DNA of 64,000 bases from a virus (IMGVR_UViG_3300033121_001571); one strand, 5' to 3'; numbered from the stretch's first letter, positions 27,517 through 36,935 are shown. Notes: generated by a model from the sequence alone, not told the origin. Translations and numbers: made by a program.

Positions 27517-28134
27517 CTAAAACACGTGCCGCCGGAACGTAAGAGAAACTCGAGTTCCAGTGCGTTCGGGTTGTTCCGGAATGCCGTGCTTGAACAGTGA
27601 ATCACACTGCCCATACATGATGAGCAAGTCACCATGGCCCAACTCTAGATCAATGGTTGGTTTGCTACGATCATACTTGTTCGTCACTGGATTATGAGGG
27701 TGAAGCTGAAAAGTTCTTGTGGCACCGAATGAAACAGCGACGATAGTGGGATCACTGCCCAATTGGGGAATGTATGTAGAGTCTCTGTGTGGATAGAGAC
27801 CAGAGCTTGGTTCGTATGAGTTGACAACAACGCAGTTTGGCGCCCAGCCCAGTTCTTCACTCACTAGTTGCTGTAGCGTAGTGAGTGTGGGGGTCATTGG
27901 ATGCATAGGCTTAGACTTACCCTTGTAAGTGTAAGTGATGCCGCGGTCACCAAAACGCGCCATAGCGTGACCACGATCGAAGCCCCGCCCAAATTTGAAG
28001 TGGCTGGCCCAACGCTGGTGTGTTTCTTGAACAACAGCGTAACCGTATTGGTCAGCTTCGACCTGAGTCAACCACGCAGGTACGTGAACAACTGCGTTCT
28101 GTACGATAACCTGTCCGCGCGGAGGAGTGTTCAT
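27517..28134 (-). CDS. alkB: AlkB-family 2OG-Fe(II) dioxygenase
   Basis: NCVVVNSY, HRD, VSFGATRTF, GDLLIM, KHGIP, RVSLTFR; leaderless promoter puts the start at 28134. Confidence 0.92.
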   Translation of the reverse strand: MNTPPRGQVIVQNAVVHVPAWLTQVEADQYGYAVVQETHQRWASHFKFGRGFDRGHAMARFGDRGITYTYKGKSKPMHPMTPTLTTLQQLVSEELGWAPNCVVVNSYEPSSGLYPHRDSTYIPQLGSDPTIVAVSFGATRTFQLHPHNPVTNKYDRSKPTIDLELGHGDLLIMYGQCDSLFKHGIPEQPERTGTRVSLTFRRHVF

Positions 28135-28207
28135 GAACAGAATGTAAGCTTTGCCTAAGAGCTGTTCACTACGACAGGACAAATCTTACGAGTAACCGAA
28201 AGATGAG

Positions 28208-28548
28208 GTTTTCCACAAAAGAACAGTGCCGAACTGATCCCTAGCGCTAGGGATTAGGTCTGCATGCAAGACAAAGAGTTACACAGCGTTCCAACTAACA
28301 CAGAGATTGCTACCACTCTGTTAGGGATCGAACCTACCTGTGTACTTCTTTTTCGGCACTGTTCTTTTGTGGAAAACTGTTCATTCCAGAAGAGTGATGA
28401 CAGAACCGTTATCTCTTGGCCGAGAGACAACGAGTGTGTACAAGCACAACTGTGCTTCAGTTTGGGCACCAAGCCGCCACCCGAAAAAGTGGCTCAGGGA
28501 TCGAACCTGATAACCTCAGCGACGATCTTCTGTCATCACTCTTCTGGA
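28208..28548 (-). ncRNA. Tandem pair of long-stem RNAs with permuted tRNA-like modules (YrlA/Y-RNA-like)
   Basis: 21-bp and 26-bp perfect stems, each enclosing a GGUUCGAUCCC T-arm, an acceptor-like hairpin and a GG D-loop-like segment; own promoter at 28600..28572. Confidence 0.7.
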
Positions 28549-28596
28549 GAGAACGTTTCTAACCTTAGTTGACCCTACACCCCTGGAGAGAACTGT

Positions 28597-29037
28597 TCAC
28601 TGCGGTGGGATGAGAAACCCGTCTTGGTTCGTGACCAAGAATCCATTTTTGCTTAAGGTGTTGCACGCATTCACGACTGCATTGGAATCGTGATGAACAA
28701 AAAGAGTCAAGATCACGTCACCCAGGAGTTTGTCGCCCCCAACCGAGGCGTCCATGATCTCTTGAGAGACTTTCACTTCGTCTTGCGAGGTGGGAAAAGG
28801 TCTCGTGCTCCTACCTTCACACAAAGCGCAGTCTAGATCACTGCAAGCGCTATCGTTCCACGTGTTGCACGTGAAACACGCGTATGAATCCCGAGCTGAC
28901 GAATAAATGCACTCTCGGTTGCACCGGGAACAGAACTTACCTCGCTGCCTGTTTTCTCTCTTCTTCTTTGTGCCACCAAAGATCGTGGTGACGTGAGAAG
29001 AGAAAACTTCTTGAAGCCTCTTGAACATTTCTTTCAT
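28597..29037 (-). CDS. Cys-rich (Zn-binding) hypothetical protein
   Basis: CSRC, CFTC, C..LDCALC. Confidence 0.75.
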   Translation of the reverse strand: MKEMFKRLQEVFSSHVTTIFGGTKKKRENRQRGKFCSRCNRECIYSSARDSYACFTCNTWNDSACSDLDCALCEGRSTRPFPTSQDEVKVSQEIMDASVGGDKLLGDVILTLFVHHDSNAVVNACNTLSKNGFLVTNQDGFLIPPQ

Positions 29038-29153
29038 GAACTTGAAGTCTCCAAGAAGATTGGCACCCCGCCTCTGAATCGAACAGAGAGCTCTGAGCTT
29101 AGAAGGCTCTGGCGCGGGTCCACCGCGCGGGGCAAGTACTGGATATGTATACC

Positions 29154-29426
29154 TCAGACGCGAGAGTTGTACTCTGCGTTGCGAGGCTGCTCCACGAAAT
29201 TGCTCGAGCGGAGACGCTCGAGCATGTTAGCAGCGTCCAAGAAAAACTTGAGTGCGTCGGTGAGCACGAGCGCAAACTGCTCAGTGTTCTTGTTGTTGCG
29301 AACAACGTTGAACCACAGTTCGTACTTTTCCACGTCGAAAGACACCGTCAGCGACGACACCCTGCTGTTGATCTCTGCGAGTTTGATCAACGGAAGTCGA
29401 CGACGAAACTCGATCACGTCTCCCAT
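29154..29426 (-). CDS. hypothetical protein
   Basis: SD AGGAG; MGDVIEF start. Confidence 0.7.
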   Translation of the reverse strand: MGDVIEFRRRLPLIKLAEINSRVSSLTVSFDVEKYELWFNVVRNNKNTEQFALVLTDALKFFLDAANMLERLRSSNFVEQPRNAEYNSRV

Positions 29427-29600
29427 GAGGAGATCTCCTTGTTCTCTAGCTCTCGTTCTCGACGAAGCCTTCGATCACGAAACTTCTGCTTTCGCGGGTG
29501 GCGCTTTGCCATAGCAGCTACCACGCTCAAGCGTTTATTGCGTTTCTTCACCGTGTCCTCCAGTTGAGCTAACTATAATCAACTGTAGAACTTTTGACAC

Positions 29601-29846
29601 TCACAGAGAGGAGATCTGACCCTTCACGATCTTCAAAATCGTTCTTGAGTCGACAAGAGTACACTTTGCCGTGATCTCTTCGATCCTCTTCTTGGGAATA
29701 TCGTAGTGCTTGTACACGCTGGATGCATGAAACCAACACCTTTTGATGTTCAGTTCCTGCGCCATTCTGTGGAGATTTTCCACAGTGTACGGGAGGCAAA
29801 CCAAGTGCCTTGCACTGTCACAGACGTACTTGATCTCACTCACCAT
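29601..29846 (-). CDS. DUF4031-like protein, leaderless
   Basis: HLVC...LHRMAQELNIKRCWFH...HYDIP; GTGCAA-17-TATGAT-6-ATG. Confidence 0.75.
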   Translation of the reverse strand: MVSEIKYVCDSARHLVCLPYTVENLHRMAQELNIKRCWFHASSVYKHYDIPKKRIEEITAKCTLVDSRTILKIVKGQISSL

Positions 29847-29910
29847 GATGAGATCATACTCAACTTGACGTTCTCTTGCACTCACGTGCAAGAGAACGTC
29901 AAGGCAACTG

Positions 29911-30279
29911 TCACTTACAGCTTTCCTTGAGCTTGGCGAAATCGTTCTCGAGAAGAGCCTTCTCCAGAGCGCTCTCGTGCTTCCCCAACGCCTCGCGAGC
30001 TTTCTTGATCTCCTCGAGACGAGCCTTGCTGTACATACCCTGTGCGGGCGAGCCGTCGGCGTTGAACAACTCGTTGTCCGGCTTATCGACCTTGCGAAGC
30101 TCGGTCATCAGATGGAAACGCTTCTGGAGTGCCTTATCGAGCAGCGCGACGCGCTCGCTGACCTCTTTCTCGACCATCGCATCGCGTAGTCGATTGTAAA
30201 CTTCCGGGCCTGAGTCCTTGATACGATTCGCCACGTCGGCAAGCAGACCCTGCGTCTTCGTCTCTTTCGTCTCGCTCAT
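29911..30279 (-). CDS. helical hypothetical protein
   Basis: High-GC codon bias. Confidence 0.8.
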   Translation of the reverse strand: MSETKETKTQGLLADVANRIKDSGPEVYNRLRDAMVEKEVSERVALLDKALQKRFHLMTELRKVDKPDNELFNADGSPAQGMYSKARLEEIKKAREALGKHESALEKALLENDFAKLKESCK

Positions 30280-30288
30280 GATCATGTC

Positions 30289-30630
30289 CTATCGGTGTTG
30301 CACCCAGCAGGTGCATGGGGTGGAACGGTACACGCTTCTGACCTTGTCACGTGCCTCTTTGGCACGCTCAACAAGCTTTACCACTGAAAGGTACTCGGTA
30401 TCACTTACCGAAGTGATATAATCTGCGTACGTAAGACGCTGCTTCTGCTTCGTCAAGTGGATTTGTGCCTCTACGTACACTGACAAATATGTGGAATGTC
30501 GTTCACACGACAAGAGACCAAGACGGTCATCTTGAAGAAAATTCTCGAGAAGTCGAGGAAGCAACTCAGACGTAGCTTGATCAGCTCGAGACTTCACCTC
30601 TGCATCGAGTGCATCAAGAAGTTTCATCAA
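30289..30630 (-). CDS. hypothetical protein
   Basis: ORF in minus-strand run. Confidence 0.65.
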   Translation of the reverse strand: MMKLLDALDAEVKSRADQATSELLPRLLENFLQDDRLGLLSCERHSTYLSVYVEAQIHLTKQKQRLTYADYITSVSDTEYLSVVKLVERAKEARDKVRSVYRSTPCTCWVQHR

Positions 30631-30660
30631 GAACCATCCTATCTCACGTAGAGGAGCAGT

Positions 30661-30861
30661 TCACTGTTTGATTGCAGTGAAGACTGCGGGATATCCTTCT
30701 GCGATAGACGCGAAACACTCGTCACTGTCACACACGGGCGTACGCTGCGTGAGCCCGATCTGAGTTTCGACAGTGCCAACTGCTTTCTTCTGGCAGTTGT
30801 ACACTCCCGAAACACCATTTTTCGTCTGGCGGCGTTTACCCTTGCACTTTTCTTTGGACAT
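30661..30861 (-). CDS. small Cys-containing protein, leaderless
   Basis: GTGAAC-17-TAAAGT-6-ATG. Confidence 0.75.
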   Translation of the reverse strand: MSKEKCKGKRRQTKNGVSGVYNCQKKAVGTVETQIGLTQRTPVCDSDECFASIAEGYPAVFTAIKQ

Positions 30862-30879
30862 GAACAGACTTTACTCTGG

Positions 30880-31107
30880 TCACGTTCGTCGTTCACTCTC
30901 CCCCATCGCAGGCATCTCGCGAACGTCGTCACCCATGTCATGGTCCAGATAGGCGATGATCTTCTTTTCCATCTCTTTTAGATAGAGAAGTTCGCACCAT
31001 TCCTCCTCGTCGTTGAGATCCCAATCATTTATCTCGAGACGGTCTCTGATCAGGTTCAAGACGAAGTTAACTTCGTCTTCGTGAAAGATCAACACTTTTT
31101 CTGCCAT
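30880..31107 (-). CDS. acidic hypothetical protein, leaderless
   Basis: GTGCAA-17-TAAGAT-6-ATG. Confidence 0.75.
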   Translation of the reverse strand: MAEKVLIFHEDEVNFVLNLIRDRLEINDWDLNDEEEWCELLYLKEMEKKIIAYLDHDMGDDVREMPAMGESERRT

Positions 31108-31216
31108 GAAAAGATCTTATCTCTCGACGAGATAACTTGCACTCTTGATCTCCTCTTTGCTGCGATTCAAATGACAGCGATGTGAATCGTAGTTCTAGAT
31201 AGATTAAGTTCTGTTC

Positions 31217-31513
31217 ATGAAGAAGTGGAACGCCGAAGCCATCACGCTCCTGTTGGACACCAACGACAAGGCGGTCGAGCGAGCGATCCTCGTCCTCTTT
31301 CAGAGGCAGACGCTCGACGAGCAGGCTTCTCGCACCACTCGCTGGAACAACAAAGTGGGGTTCCGTGCAAACCACGCGAGCAAGGGCACCTACTACGCTA
31401 AGTGGATCAAGAGCGGCCGCCCCTTGACCGGTTACCACTTGGCCAATGCTCGCAAGATCACGAAGCAGTACACTCGCCAGCTCCTCGAAGCGATCGCTGA
31501 GAAACAGAAGTGA
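31217..31513 (+). CDS. conserved phage protein (RQTxDEQ...NxVGF motif), leaderless
   Basis: AVERAILVLFQRQTLDEQ, NNKVGF, KQYTRQL; promoter at 31182. Confidence 0.85.
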   Translation: MKKWNAEAITLLLDTNDKAVERAILVLFQRQTLDEQASRTTRWNNKVGFRANHASKGTYYAKWIKSGRPLTGYHLANARKITKQYTRQLLEAIAEKQK

Positions 31514-31562
31514 ACTCTGCTCCTGAGCGAGATAGTATCACTCAACAGGAAGGAAACGAATC

Positions 31563-31835
31563 ATGAAGAAACTCCGAGATCTCATGCTCCGCACCGAAGG
31601 CGAGGAGGCAGTGGAAAACCTCTGTGCAGTGTGCGAAGCGTTGCACAAGCCAGTTTTCAAGCAGTTGATCAACCGGAACGGCTCGTGCGTCTCGGCGCTC
31701 ACCGAGTTCCTCGCAGACAACCCTGGTGCCGTCGAGGTTCTTTTCGACTGGATCGAGGAGAACTACACGGATGAGCTCGACGACGAAGACATCGAGGACG
31801 ACGAAGACTGTGACGGAGAAGAAGACACCGAGTGA
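31563..31835 (+). CDS. phage hypothetical protein with acidic tail
   Basis: EFLADNPGAVEVLFDWI; promoter at 31510, SD. Confidence 0.8.
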   Translation: MKKLRDLMLRTEGEEAVENLCAVCEALHKPVFKQLINRNGSCVSALTEFLADNPGAVEVLFDWIEENYTDELDDEDIEDDEDCDGEEDTE

Positions 31836-31866
31836 ACCTTAGCTCTGGCTAGGGTACAACTAGACC

Positions 31867-32126
31867 ATGGAAAACACGGTATTCAAGTCCTTCATCGGCA
31901 AGAAGATCGAGCTCATCCGCACCACCGCCCTGGTGCGCTTGCACAAAATGGAACCCACGGTTCCATTTTGTGCAAGCGCACCGACCCTTTCACCAGTCTC
32001 AAGCCTGGTGATCGGGGAGTCGTCGAGTCTGTCGATGGCATCGGCACGGTCCACGTGAAGTGGGAGAACGGGTCGTGCTTGGGCCTCGTCGCCGACGCGG
32101 GTGATCGCTGGAAGCTGGCAGAGTGA
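31867..32126 (+). pseudogene. DUF4314-like gene disrupted by a 56-bp palindromic insertion
   Basis: Removing the insert restores MENTVFKSFIGKKIELIRTTDPFTSLKPGDRGVVESVDGIGTVHVKWENGSCLGLVADAGDRWKLAE. Confidence 0.85.
31927..31982. mobile_element. Small palindromic insertion element (MITE/REP-like)
   Basis: 24-bp perfect IR ggtgcgcttgcacaaaatggaacc-cac-ggttcc..., flanked by caccg repeats; related copy at 54.6 kb. Confidence 0.8.
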
Positions 32127-32172
32127 ACAGCTGGTGACAAAGAGGTAGACTTGCTAAGTCAGCAAGAGGCAA

Positions 32173-32352
32173 ATGTCTACCAAGGATTCGTACAACACAG
32201 ACTACAGTGAACGAAGCACAGAGGAACTGAGACAAGAGCTCGCACGTGAGCGTACGCGCTCTTACGAGAGTTCGATGTCTGGTGACTCTGTCGACTACAC
32301 CTATAGCAGAAACGCGATCTCGGAGATCGAGAGAGAGCTTGCTCGTCGTAGT
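32173..32352 (+). CDS. small hypothetical protein
   Basis: Promoter GTGAAC-17-TAGACT at 32123, SD GAGG. Confidence 0.7.
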
Positions 32353-32677
32353 TGACGATCGCTAACATAAACCCTAAAAAAAATCATCTACAACGAAGAA
32401 AGGTAGATAATGCTTTTACCCGCAGCGCGGAGCGCGCCTCGCTAAGGAAAAGGAACGTACGTCACCAGCGTCACGTTAAGGGTTGGAATCAAAAAGCAAG
32501 ATCGCGACGATGCTTTTTGACCGAAAGGGTCGTTAAGCGTTCAAAGTCTTGTTGATGGGTTCCCAGTTCTACTCGTTGTAGAACTGAGCTGGTCAAGAGG
32601 AACCTCGCCAGAGGTGGGAGTCAGACAGTTAGTGACTCTTGGGCGGGCCAGCCGTGGTTTGCTGAAATCGTCGAACA
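32351..32677 (+). ncRNA. Candidate structured ncRNA
   Basis: End-closing stem gttgacgat/atcgtcgaac and many internal hairpins, followed by a terminator. Confidence 0.4.
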
Positions 32678-32701
32678 CAAAAAGAAAACGATAACAACAG
32701 C

Positions 32702-32732
32702 GGCACAAGGGACTAAGTCCCTTGTGCCTTTT
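32702..32732 (+). terminator. Intrinsic terminator
   Basis: ggcacaagggact-a-agtcccttgtgcc-tttt. Confidence 0.75.
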
Positions 32733-32919
32733 CTGCGTCTTGCACTCTGTCAGAGCAAAGAGTCTTTAGCTTTGGAGAAAAGATTTCTCCCCCAGAGAGG
32801 TGTAACAAAGTCTCTACCGGGTTATAACTGGATCACGGAATGGCACTGGGGTGAGGAAATAAGCAATGCAGCTTATCTCGCTCGGTGCAAAGAAAATCTC
32901 AAAAAGGTAGGATTCAATC

Positions 32920-33549
32920 ATGGACAACACCAACTCCCCCAACGGTTCTCTCCCCCTCGTCGCCATCACCCCCGCTCGCAAGCGGATCCGCCTCACGGTC
33001 GACGAGAAGATGGCTCGTCTCCGCACGGAGGAGGAGCAGCGCGCCGCGAAGCGCAAGGCGAAGGAGGAAGCTCGCGCGGCGAGAGGCCGCGCGGCTCAGC
33101 CCGCGGCTCCGGCGCACCTCGCCAAGGTCGCCAAGGCGCAGCAGAAGCTCGCCCCTCTCTCGGACAGCGAGAAGATGCTCTTCGAGAGCGTCGTCAGCGA
33201 GCTCAACAACGTGCCCGGTCGACTCGCCCTCTTCGGAGCGTACCTGGGCATCAAGGCCCGAGCGCTCTCGACGGTCGCTTCGCGGCACCGCGACATCCGA
33301 TCCGGTGATCGGGTCCAGGTGATCGCTCCCACCTCCCGGTTCTACGGGTGCACCGGCGTGGTGACGAAGGCCGCCGAGATCCGAGCGTACGTCCGGTTCG
33401 ACGGTGCGGGCCCCGCGACGCCGGACGGGTACTTCTTCCTCGCCGATCTCGCTCACGCTCCGGAGCAGGACGCAGAGCCGGAGTTCTTCGAGGATCACAT
33501 GGAGGAGCCCGAGGTCATCGAGGGCGAGCAGGATCTCGACGGCGAGTGA
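32920..33549 (+). CDS. Basic N-terminal helix + KOW/SH3-like domain + acidic tail; paralog of 39350..40015
   Basis: HLAKVAKA, IRSGDRVQV...YGCTGVVTK; strong high-GC codon bias; promoter at 32800. Confidence 0.85.
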   Translation: MDNTNSPNGSLPLVAITPARKRIRLTVDEKMARLRTEEEQRAAKRKAKEEARAARGRAAQPAAPAHLAKVAKAQQKLAPLSDSEKMLFESVVSELNNVPGRLALFGAYLGIKARALSTVASRHRDIRSGDRVQVIAPTSRFYGCTGVVTKAAEIRAYVRFDGAGPATPDGYFFLADLAHAPEQDAEPEFFEDHMEEPEVIEGEQDLDGE

Positions 33550-33566
33550 TCGCCAAGAAGTGAAGT

Positions 33567-33606
33567 GAAACCTCCGGAGCGATGTCGCTCCGGAGGTTTC
33601 CTTTTT
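33567..33606 (+). terminator. Intrinsic terminator
   Basis: gaaacctccggagcga-tg-tcgctccggaggtttc-cttttt. Confidence 0.8.
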
Positions 33607-33770
33607 CTGTGTAACGTTGTTCCGAGTGTGATAGTGTTTATTCAAGAGGTACAGTTCAGTTTCAGAAAAGAGTCAGAGAGACTGGTCACATGCCAGTGAC
33701 ACTTCGCTGAAGAAGTTTCCGGAACTCTCTGACTCTTTTCTGAAACAGACACTCTGAGGAGCGCTGGCAC

Positions 33771-34205
33771 ATGATAATCATCCAACCCCAGTTCGCAGCG
33801 AGAACCGATCTCGCAAACGGAAAGTGCAACAACCCTGACTTTCTGGTGTTGCTGCTCACCTTTAACGGTGTTCTGACACACAAGCAGATACACGACAGTC
33901 TCGCCGCCTGGCGGGGCATCCCTCTCAACAAAAAGACGAAGACGTCGTATCTGACCGACCATACGTACGGTTACGTCGGTCGCGACAGATATGGCAATGC
34001 ACCCGAAGGGATCATCTTCCACGAGGGCGCACTGTTCAAACACTGGTGGTGGCGTCCTCAGCGAGGTCACTACATGCTCACGTTCAAGGGTGACGCACGA
34101 GGATCGATGTTGATCGCTTCCGTCGACAGTAAGAAGCTCAACACGCTCAAGGGTCCCATCGTACCTGCATTCGATTTCTTCAGATCAGCGCTGGTTTCGC
34201 AATGA
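33771..34205 (+). CDS. hypothetical protein, paralog of 27032..27448
   Basis: LAAWRG, WWWRPQRGHY; SD GAGGAG. Confidence 0.8.
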   Translation: MIIIQPQFAARTDLANGKCNNPDFLVLLLTFNGVLTHKQIHDSLAAWRGIPLNKKTKTSYLTDHTYGYVGRDRYGNAPEGIIFHEGALFKHWWWRPQRGHYMLTFKGDARGSMLIASVDSKKLNTLKGPIVPAFDFFRSALVSQ

Positions 34206-34384
34206 ACAGATCTGATCCGCTCCCGCTGGGCGCGACGTGCCAACACCCTAACATGGAACAAGACGGTTGTCACTTCTTCTGTCCCGATTGTGATTTGTAT
34301 TGGGACGAGAACGAGGGTGGACCTCCTTGGTACGATTACATCTTAGACTACGATGCAGCTCCGCTGCCCAAGCCCACCGAGTGA
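34202..34384 (+). CDS. small Zn-ribbon protein
   Basis: CQH...CPDC; ATGA coupling. Confidence 0.7.
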   Translation: MNRSDPLPLGATCQHPNMEQDGCHFFCPDCDLYWDENEGGPPWYDYILDYDAAPLPKPTE

Positions 34385-34435
34385 CTCAGGAATATTCTTT
34401 GTCACTTTGATTGTGGCAACCCAACAGACAAATCA

Positions 34436-34466
34436 AAAGCCCACGAGTGAGACACTCGTGGGCTTT
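34436..34466. terminator. Terminator hairpin
   Basis: aaagcccacgagtg-aga-cactcgtgggcttt. Confidence 0.7.
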
Positions 34467-34642
34467 CTAGTTCGACCTTGATATTGTTTTGTCAGTTGCT
34501 TTCGAAACCAGTCTGGGGGCGCTGCGCGTTAACGCAGAGCTTCAAATGTCTTGATTCGAATGAGCGTTCTGAGACTTCGGAAAGTGCAATTCACGGGCAG
34601 CGCACGCGCGCGCGCGCGAGAAGCGCACAGCTTCACTCAGAA

Positions 34643-35323
34643 TCAAGAAAACGTCGTAGACAAGAAGGTGCTGCTCGCGTTCTTTTTGTCGAAGACTGCT
34701 TCTTGGTTCGATGCAAGAGCCTTGAACACGTCAACATATCTGTCGAAATCACTTGGCGTGATAGAGGGATCGATGTTCGCCAACGCGCGTTCTTTTTCGT
34801 GCTGACGCTCTTTTGGCAACTTGATCGCAACAAGCGCCGAAGACAGAAGCACGTTGTTTTGATCAAGCAACTGAACGTACTTCAGCGCTTGCTCGAAGTC
34901 AAACGGCAGCTTCTTAGCAAGCCCAGCTTCGATGACGCTTGAAACCAATTTGTCAATGTAAGACTTCAAGTACTTACGCTCATCGAACATAAGGTGCACG
35001 AAGTCTTTCTGATCTTCCTGGAAGAGCGCTGTCGCAGCAAGGATGTGTGGATCAAGCGCGAGTTTGCTCAATTCATTTCGTTTGTTCACAGATACGATCA
35101 TCTGTATCGGTGGATCACCCACCTGAAGATGGATCGACTTTTGAAAAAGAGTCACTCGGCGCTGGGTGGCCAAGCTCATGAGTTCGTTCAAGGAAATCGA
35201 ACCCGGAACTAGAGGGTTCGAGATCACGCCATTCTCTTCTGTGATCGCCGCAGATGCTTTGAGCATCGTCGACGGCGTGAGATGACCCTCAATCGCTACG
35301 ATCTTTCGCATTCCGTCAGACAC
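34643..35323 (-). CDS. hypothetical protein
   Basis: 226-aa ORF. Confidence 0.75.
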   Translation of the reverse strand: MSDGMRKIVAIEGHLTPSTMLKASAAITEENGVISNPLVPGSISLNELMSLATQRRVTLFQKSIHLQVGDPPIQMIVSVNKRNELSKLALDPHILAATALFQEDQKDFVHLMFDERKYLKSYIDKLVSSVIEAGLAKKLPFDFEQALKYVQLLDQNNVLLSSALVAIKLPKERQHEKERALANIDPSITPSDFDRYVDVFKALASNQEAVFDKKNASSTFLSTTFS

Positions 35324-35521
35324 TTGTTGGTTCTACGTTCTGCACGCTTTCGAGCGCGCTTTGATTGTTTCTTGGTTGGACCGGGATTCAGATAGTATTG
35401 GCTTTCCCAGAAATCACTTCTCGCTGCGTTCACACTCTTGACACTCTTGTTGAGCTGCTTCATATCTGTATGTATAGATTACTGTACCAGACCCAACTGT
35501 GCACTATCAGCACACAGTGTG

Positions 35522-35758
35522 TTATGGGATGTACAAGATCTGTTTAGAGCTAACCTCAATGTGCTCTCGAGTCCATAGTTCAAATATAATTTTTTTGACT
35601 TCTTTACGATCAAATCCCTCTGTTGCGAGTTCTGTTCGTAACTGTTCAGAAGTGTAACTCTTGTCTCTGATCTTTCTTAAGATCAGATCTTGAAGATCGT
35701 TGTCAGTACCCACACTTCTCACACGACCCGTTTTTTGACGGAATACTGATGTGAACAA
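35522..35758 (-). CDS. possible winged-helix small protein
   Basis: ILRKIRD...QLRTEL...EVKKIIFELW. Confidence 0.5.
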   Translation of the reverse strand: MFTSVFRQKTGRVRSVGTDNDLQDLILRKIRDKSYTSEQLRTELATEGFDRKEVKKIIFELWTREHIEVSSKQILYIP

Positions 35759-36033
35759 ATCCTAGACTGTACCCGCAGTGTGGACCGTCATATGGATAGT
35801 GCCACTCCTCAACAGCCCACTCTGAGTTGACACAGATCAACCACGGTTCATTCGGACTTGTCTCCCAGATTTTTTCTTCTGTGAGATACTGCCACTCGAG
35901 CCCAACCAAGAAAGTGCGGGTACGGCTCCAGTTAAATTCAATAGAAAAGATCCTTCTCACCTGGGTCTCTTTTCCCGTGAAAAGGTTCTTCTGCGTATGG
36001 GGTTTAGACGACCAGAGGATCAACTGTTTTCTC

Positions 36034-36249
36034 TCACTCTGTTTCGATGTCTTCTTCTGCCATGACGTGTACGAGTCTGTCATCGAAGATATCAGAAAAA
36101 GCATCCCGCAACGTTTCTACGACGTATTGCTTGAACTCAGGGTCGTTCACATCTCCGTGAAACTGGACTTCAGCACTCGAGCCAGGAATGCCGACCGAAG
36201 GATCACCATCACTCCAGATCATGAACTTCATTGTCTGCTCCTTGAGCAC
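36034..36249 (-). CDS. conserved phage protein (GDPSVGI motif)
   Basis: WSDGDPSVGIPG. Confidence 0.7.
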   Translation of the reverse strand: MLKEQTMKFMIWSDGDPSVGIPGSSAEVQFHGDVNDPEFKQYVVETLRDAFSDIFDDRLVHVMAEEDIETE

Positions 36250-36277
36250 ACTCTACTGCTTTCACAGTCTTTTTGCA

Positions 36278-36730
36278 CTAATCCTCTGCATCAGTTTCTT
36301 TAAGAACTGTGCAGGGACCAACGAGTTCGTCGACAACTGCTCGAGCTTCTTGCTCGGTGTCATACCGAGAAGCTTTCTGAAGCTCAACCTCGAAGCCATT
36401 GTAGTTAAACAACTTGTTGTCGTCAAATCTGATAACCCACTTGGGATTTCTCAAACGATTCACTTCTTGATTGCAAAGCTCGACTTCTTCGATTGGAACA
36501 TAAGATAGTCCACAGAAGCCAGAGGCAGAGTAGCCAAGCAGCTTATCGACTTGAATGAGGTCTTCGAGTGAGAACTCCCCAGCACGGTAAAGATCTACGA
36601 TACAGTTAAGATCGAATCCTTTTCGAGCTCGACCTTGTTCCATCATCCAACAGACGATCTTGTTCTCTTTGAACCGAATAACGTTACCGTCACGGTACAC
36701 AACTGGTTGTCGAGGGTGTTTATCACTCAT
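36278..36730 (-). CDS. conserved phage hypothetical protein
   Basis: HPRQP...IRFKENKIV...LGYSASGF. Confidence 0.8.
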   Translation of the reverse strand: MSDKHPRQPVVYRDGNVIRFKENKIVCWMMEQGRARKGFDLNCIVDLYRAGEFSLEDLIQVDKLLGYSASGFCGLSYVPIEEVELCNQEVNRLRNPKWVIRFDDNKLFNYNGFEVELQKASRYDTEQEARAVVDELVGPCTVLKETDAED

Positions 36731-36737
36731 GTTGAGC

Positions 36738-36935
36738 TTAACAAGCGTTTTCTGCGCACGACGTGCAGCAAGAGGGAATCTCTTGTCGATTCGAGTTTGA
36801 CTCGAGCGTGTACTCCTCGATATCCGCAGCCGTGATCACCGCGTAGCAGATCTCACACCGTGGACGCTTGTCCACGTGCTTCATGTACGGAGACTTAGCG
36901 ACGATAGCTTGCCTCAGGAGTCGTTGCTTGTCCAT
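36738..36935 (-). CDS. Zn-finger small protein, leaderless
   Basis: CEIC...CTSC; GTGAAA-17-TAGATT-6-ATG. Confidence 0.75.
   Translation of the reverse strand: MDKQRLLRQAIVAKSPYMKHVDKRPRCEICYAVITAADIEEYTLESNSNRQEIPSCCTSCAENAC

Noticed and set aside
28208-28548. Ordinary tRNA genes or ORFs 28254..28472 / 28264..28572
   Set aside because: The T-arms lack upstream D/anticodon arms in normal order, and the ORFs lack starts at the promoter and span perfect inverted repeats.
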